Shown piece by piece: positions 62,359 to 64,000 of a stretch of DNA of 64,000 nucleotides. Origin of the DNA: Ignavibacteria bacterium (GTDB lineage Bacteria; Bacteroidota; Ignavibacteria; SZUA-365); the NCBI GenBank assembly GCA_002869275.1, contig PKTF01000078.1:1839-65838 (forward strand). Direction: 5' to 3'. Made by a program: the position numbers and the translations under genes. A model generated the notes under the pieces. That model ran no database searches. It was not told where the DNA came from and worked only from the letters and a program-made list of their open reading frames with translations. How positions within the stretch are numbered: the first letter of the stretch is position 1; every line of letters begins with the position of its first letter.

Positions 62359-64000
62359 ATGCCGTATCGTCACATCGTTTTCATCCTCCTTCTAATTACC
62401 ATCGCTGCTGCGCCGGTCACAGCGCAGAACGGACAAAAGCGTCCGCTGCCGGCGAAGCTGGAGCAAAAGCTCAAATCCGCCATGGAGCAGCAGCAGTCCC
62501 TGGACAGACACCTCATTACCGCCGAAGAGATGATGGCACTCAAGCGTGTGTATGCGCCGAAAATCTCGCCAGATGGCAAGTGGGTGATGTACGGTATGAC
62601 CGCCCTCGACATCGAGGAAAACCGTGGGAATGCAGATCTGTATTTGGTGTCGACGGACGGACTCCGACGCAAGCAGCTCACCGCTTCTCCCGGAGGTGAT
62701 TTCAACGGCGTCTGGTCACCCGATGGAAAGGACATCGCCTTTCTCTCTTCCCGTGACGGCGCACCGCAGATCTACCGCATCGCGATCAGCGGCGGCGAGG
62801 CGCGCAAGATCAGCGACGTGGAAGAAGGCGTCAGCAACCTCAGCTGGTCGCCCGACGGTCGCTACTTTGCTTATACCTCCGATGTGAAACTCGATTCCAC
62901 CGAACAGGAAGTGCATGCGAAGTACGACAAGGCCAACGTGCGCATTTACGACCGCATCCATGTACGGCACTGGGACGAATGGAACGACGAAAAGTACCGC
63001 CACCTTTTCATCATGCCTGTCGACGGTGGTGAGCCGCGCGACCTGATGGAAGGTGAACGCTGGGAAACGCCGATGAAGCCTTTCGGCGGTGCCGAGCAAA
63101 TCGCCTGGTCGCCCGACGGCAAGGAAATCGCCTATGTCTCGAAGAAAGTCGATGACTATGCCGAAAGCACGAATTCCGATATCTACGTGGTCGACATCGC
63201 GAGCGGGAAGGTGCAGAACATCACCGACGGCATGCCGGGCTTCGACCGCGATCCGCTGTATTCACCAGACGGCAAATGGATCGCTTTCCATTCCATGGCA
63301 ACGCCGGGACACGAGGCCGATCGCAACCGCCTGATGCTGTATGACCGCTCCTCGGGTGAAGTGACCGAATTATCCCGCACGCTCGACCAGTGGGTGGGCA
63401 ATACAGTATGGGCGCCGAACAGCGAGGAACTCTATTTCTCTGCCGAGGATGGAGCCACGGTGCAGGTTTACCGCATCGCGGTGGACGACGGTGCTTGGGA
63501 AATTCTCACCGGCGGCGTGTACAACCATGATGCCGGTCTCGATATCTCCCCCGATGGCGAAACGCTCGTGTACGGCCGTCGCAACTTCAACGCTCCGACA
63601 GAACTCTTTGCGCAGGAGGCCGAAAAGGACGCTCGTCCGCTGCCGCTGACGCAGGAGAATACGGCATTCATGTCCACCGTGAAGCCGGTGACCATCGAGG
63701 AGCGCTGGATTCCCAGTACCGATGGCAAGAAGGTGCAGACCTGGGTGGTCTATCCGCCGGACTTCGATCCTTCGAAGAAATACCCGATGATCACCTACTG
63801 TCAGGGCGGACCCCAGGCCACGGTGAGCCAGTTCTTCAGCTTCGCGTGGAATTTCCTGCTGATGGCCTCGGAGGGCTATGTTGTCGTGGCGCCGAATCGC
63901 CGCGGACTGCCGGGCTTCGGTCAGGAATGGAACGACGCCATCAGCAAGGACTGGGGCGGCATGCCGATGCAGGACATCCTCGCCGCTACCGATGCGCTGC
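62359..64000 (+). CDS. S9-family serine peptidase (TolB/PD40 propeller + prolyl-oligopeptidase/acylaminoacyl-peptidase fold), 3'-truncated by the window end
   Basis: Not in the ORF track because there is no stop. Hand translation from the ATG at 62359 gives a signal peptide MPYRHIVFILLLITIAAAPVTAQ and PD40 repeats (WSPDGKDIAFLSSRDG, WSPDGKEIAYVSKK, YSPDGKWIAFHS). Confidence 0.75.
   Translation, partial: MPYRHIVFILLLITIAAAPVTAQNGQKRPLPAKLEQKLKSAMEQQQSLDRHLITAEEMMALKRVYAPKISPDGKWVMYGMTALDIEENRGNADLYLVSTDGLRRKQLTASPGGDFNGVWSPDGKDIAFLSSRDGAPQIYRIAISGGEARKISDVEEGVSNLSWSPDGRYFAYTSDVKLDSTEQEVHAKYDKANVRIYDRIHVRHWDEWNDEKYRHLFIMPVDGGEPRDLMEGERWETPMKPFGGAEQIAWSPDGKEIAYVSKKVDDYAESTNSDIYVVDIASGKVQNITDGMPGFDRDPLYSPDGKWIAFHSMATPGHEADRNRLMLYDRSSGEVTELSRTLDQWVGNTVWAPNSEELYFSAEDGATVQVYRIAVDDGAWEILTGGVYNHDAGLDISPDGETLVYGRRNFNAPTELFAQEAEKDARPLPLTQENTAFMSTVKPVTIEERWIPSTDGKKVQTWVVYPPDFDPSKKYPMITYCQGGPQATVSQFFSFAWNFLLMASEGYVVVAPNRRGLPGFGQEWNDAISKDWGGMPMQDILAATDAL

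Noticed and set aside
1-64000. Search for mobile elements, integrases, transposases, tRNA genes and prophage boundaries
   Set aside because: No DDE transposase, tyrosine/serine recombinase, terminal inverted repeats, tRNA-like cloverleaf regions or phage structural motifs were seen. Coding density and gene content look like stable chromosomal DNA.

Overview
This is a 64 kb chromosomal window of GC-rich (~60%) bacterial DNA, densely coded on both strands. No rRNA, tRNA, CRISPR or mobile-element genes were seen. Many secreted proteins carry a recognisable type IX secretion (T9SS/Por) C-terminal sorting domain. Together with clear Shine-Dalgarno usage, this points to an FCB-group lineage other than classical Bacteroidia, for example Rhodothermaeota, Ignavibacteriae/Kapabacteria or Chlorobi-like; this is inference only. 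Housekeeping genes present are purE, uvrA, htpG, ahpC, corA, lgt, TrmH-family methyltransferase, a DnaQ-like exonuclease and a ferredoxin. Operons include a LolA-like/FtsX/FtsX/ABC-ATPase/OMP exporter, an ECF sigma/anti-sigma/VWA lipoprotein cassette, and a TPR/DUF58/lipoprotein cassette. The accessory content is unusually rich in extracytoplasmic peptidases (S46 x2, M2-like, M48, S8 x2, S9, alpha/beta hydrolase). It also includes six T9SS cargo proteins. Most striking is an octaheme c-type cytochrome with a T9SS sorting tail, implying a cell-surface cytochrome and possibly extracellular electron transfer; a second, periplasmic OTR-family octaheme cytochrome lies 20 kb away. Other notable items are a large T9SS protein built from six copies of an unrecognised ~115-aa cysteine-rich repeat, a CARDB-like repeat giant, an in-frame 21-bp x8.5 tandem repeat (DGDGNNR)n inside an OmpA/PD40 protein, a histone-H1-like Lys/Ala repeat protein translationally coupled to an ArsC/Spx-family gene, a GH3(NagZ)-beta-lactamase fusion, and a GGA-rich candidate small RNA bracketed by two intrinsic terminators upstream of purE. 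All gene calls come from reading the six-frame translations and motifs; no database searches were run.
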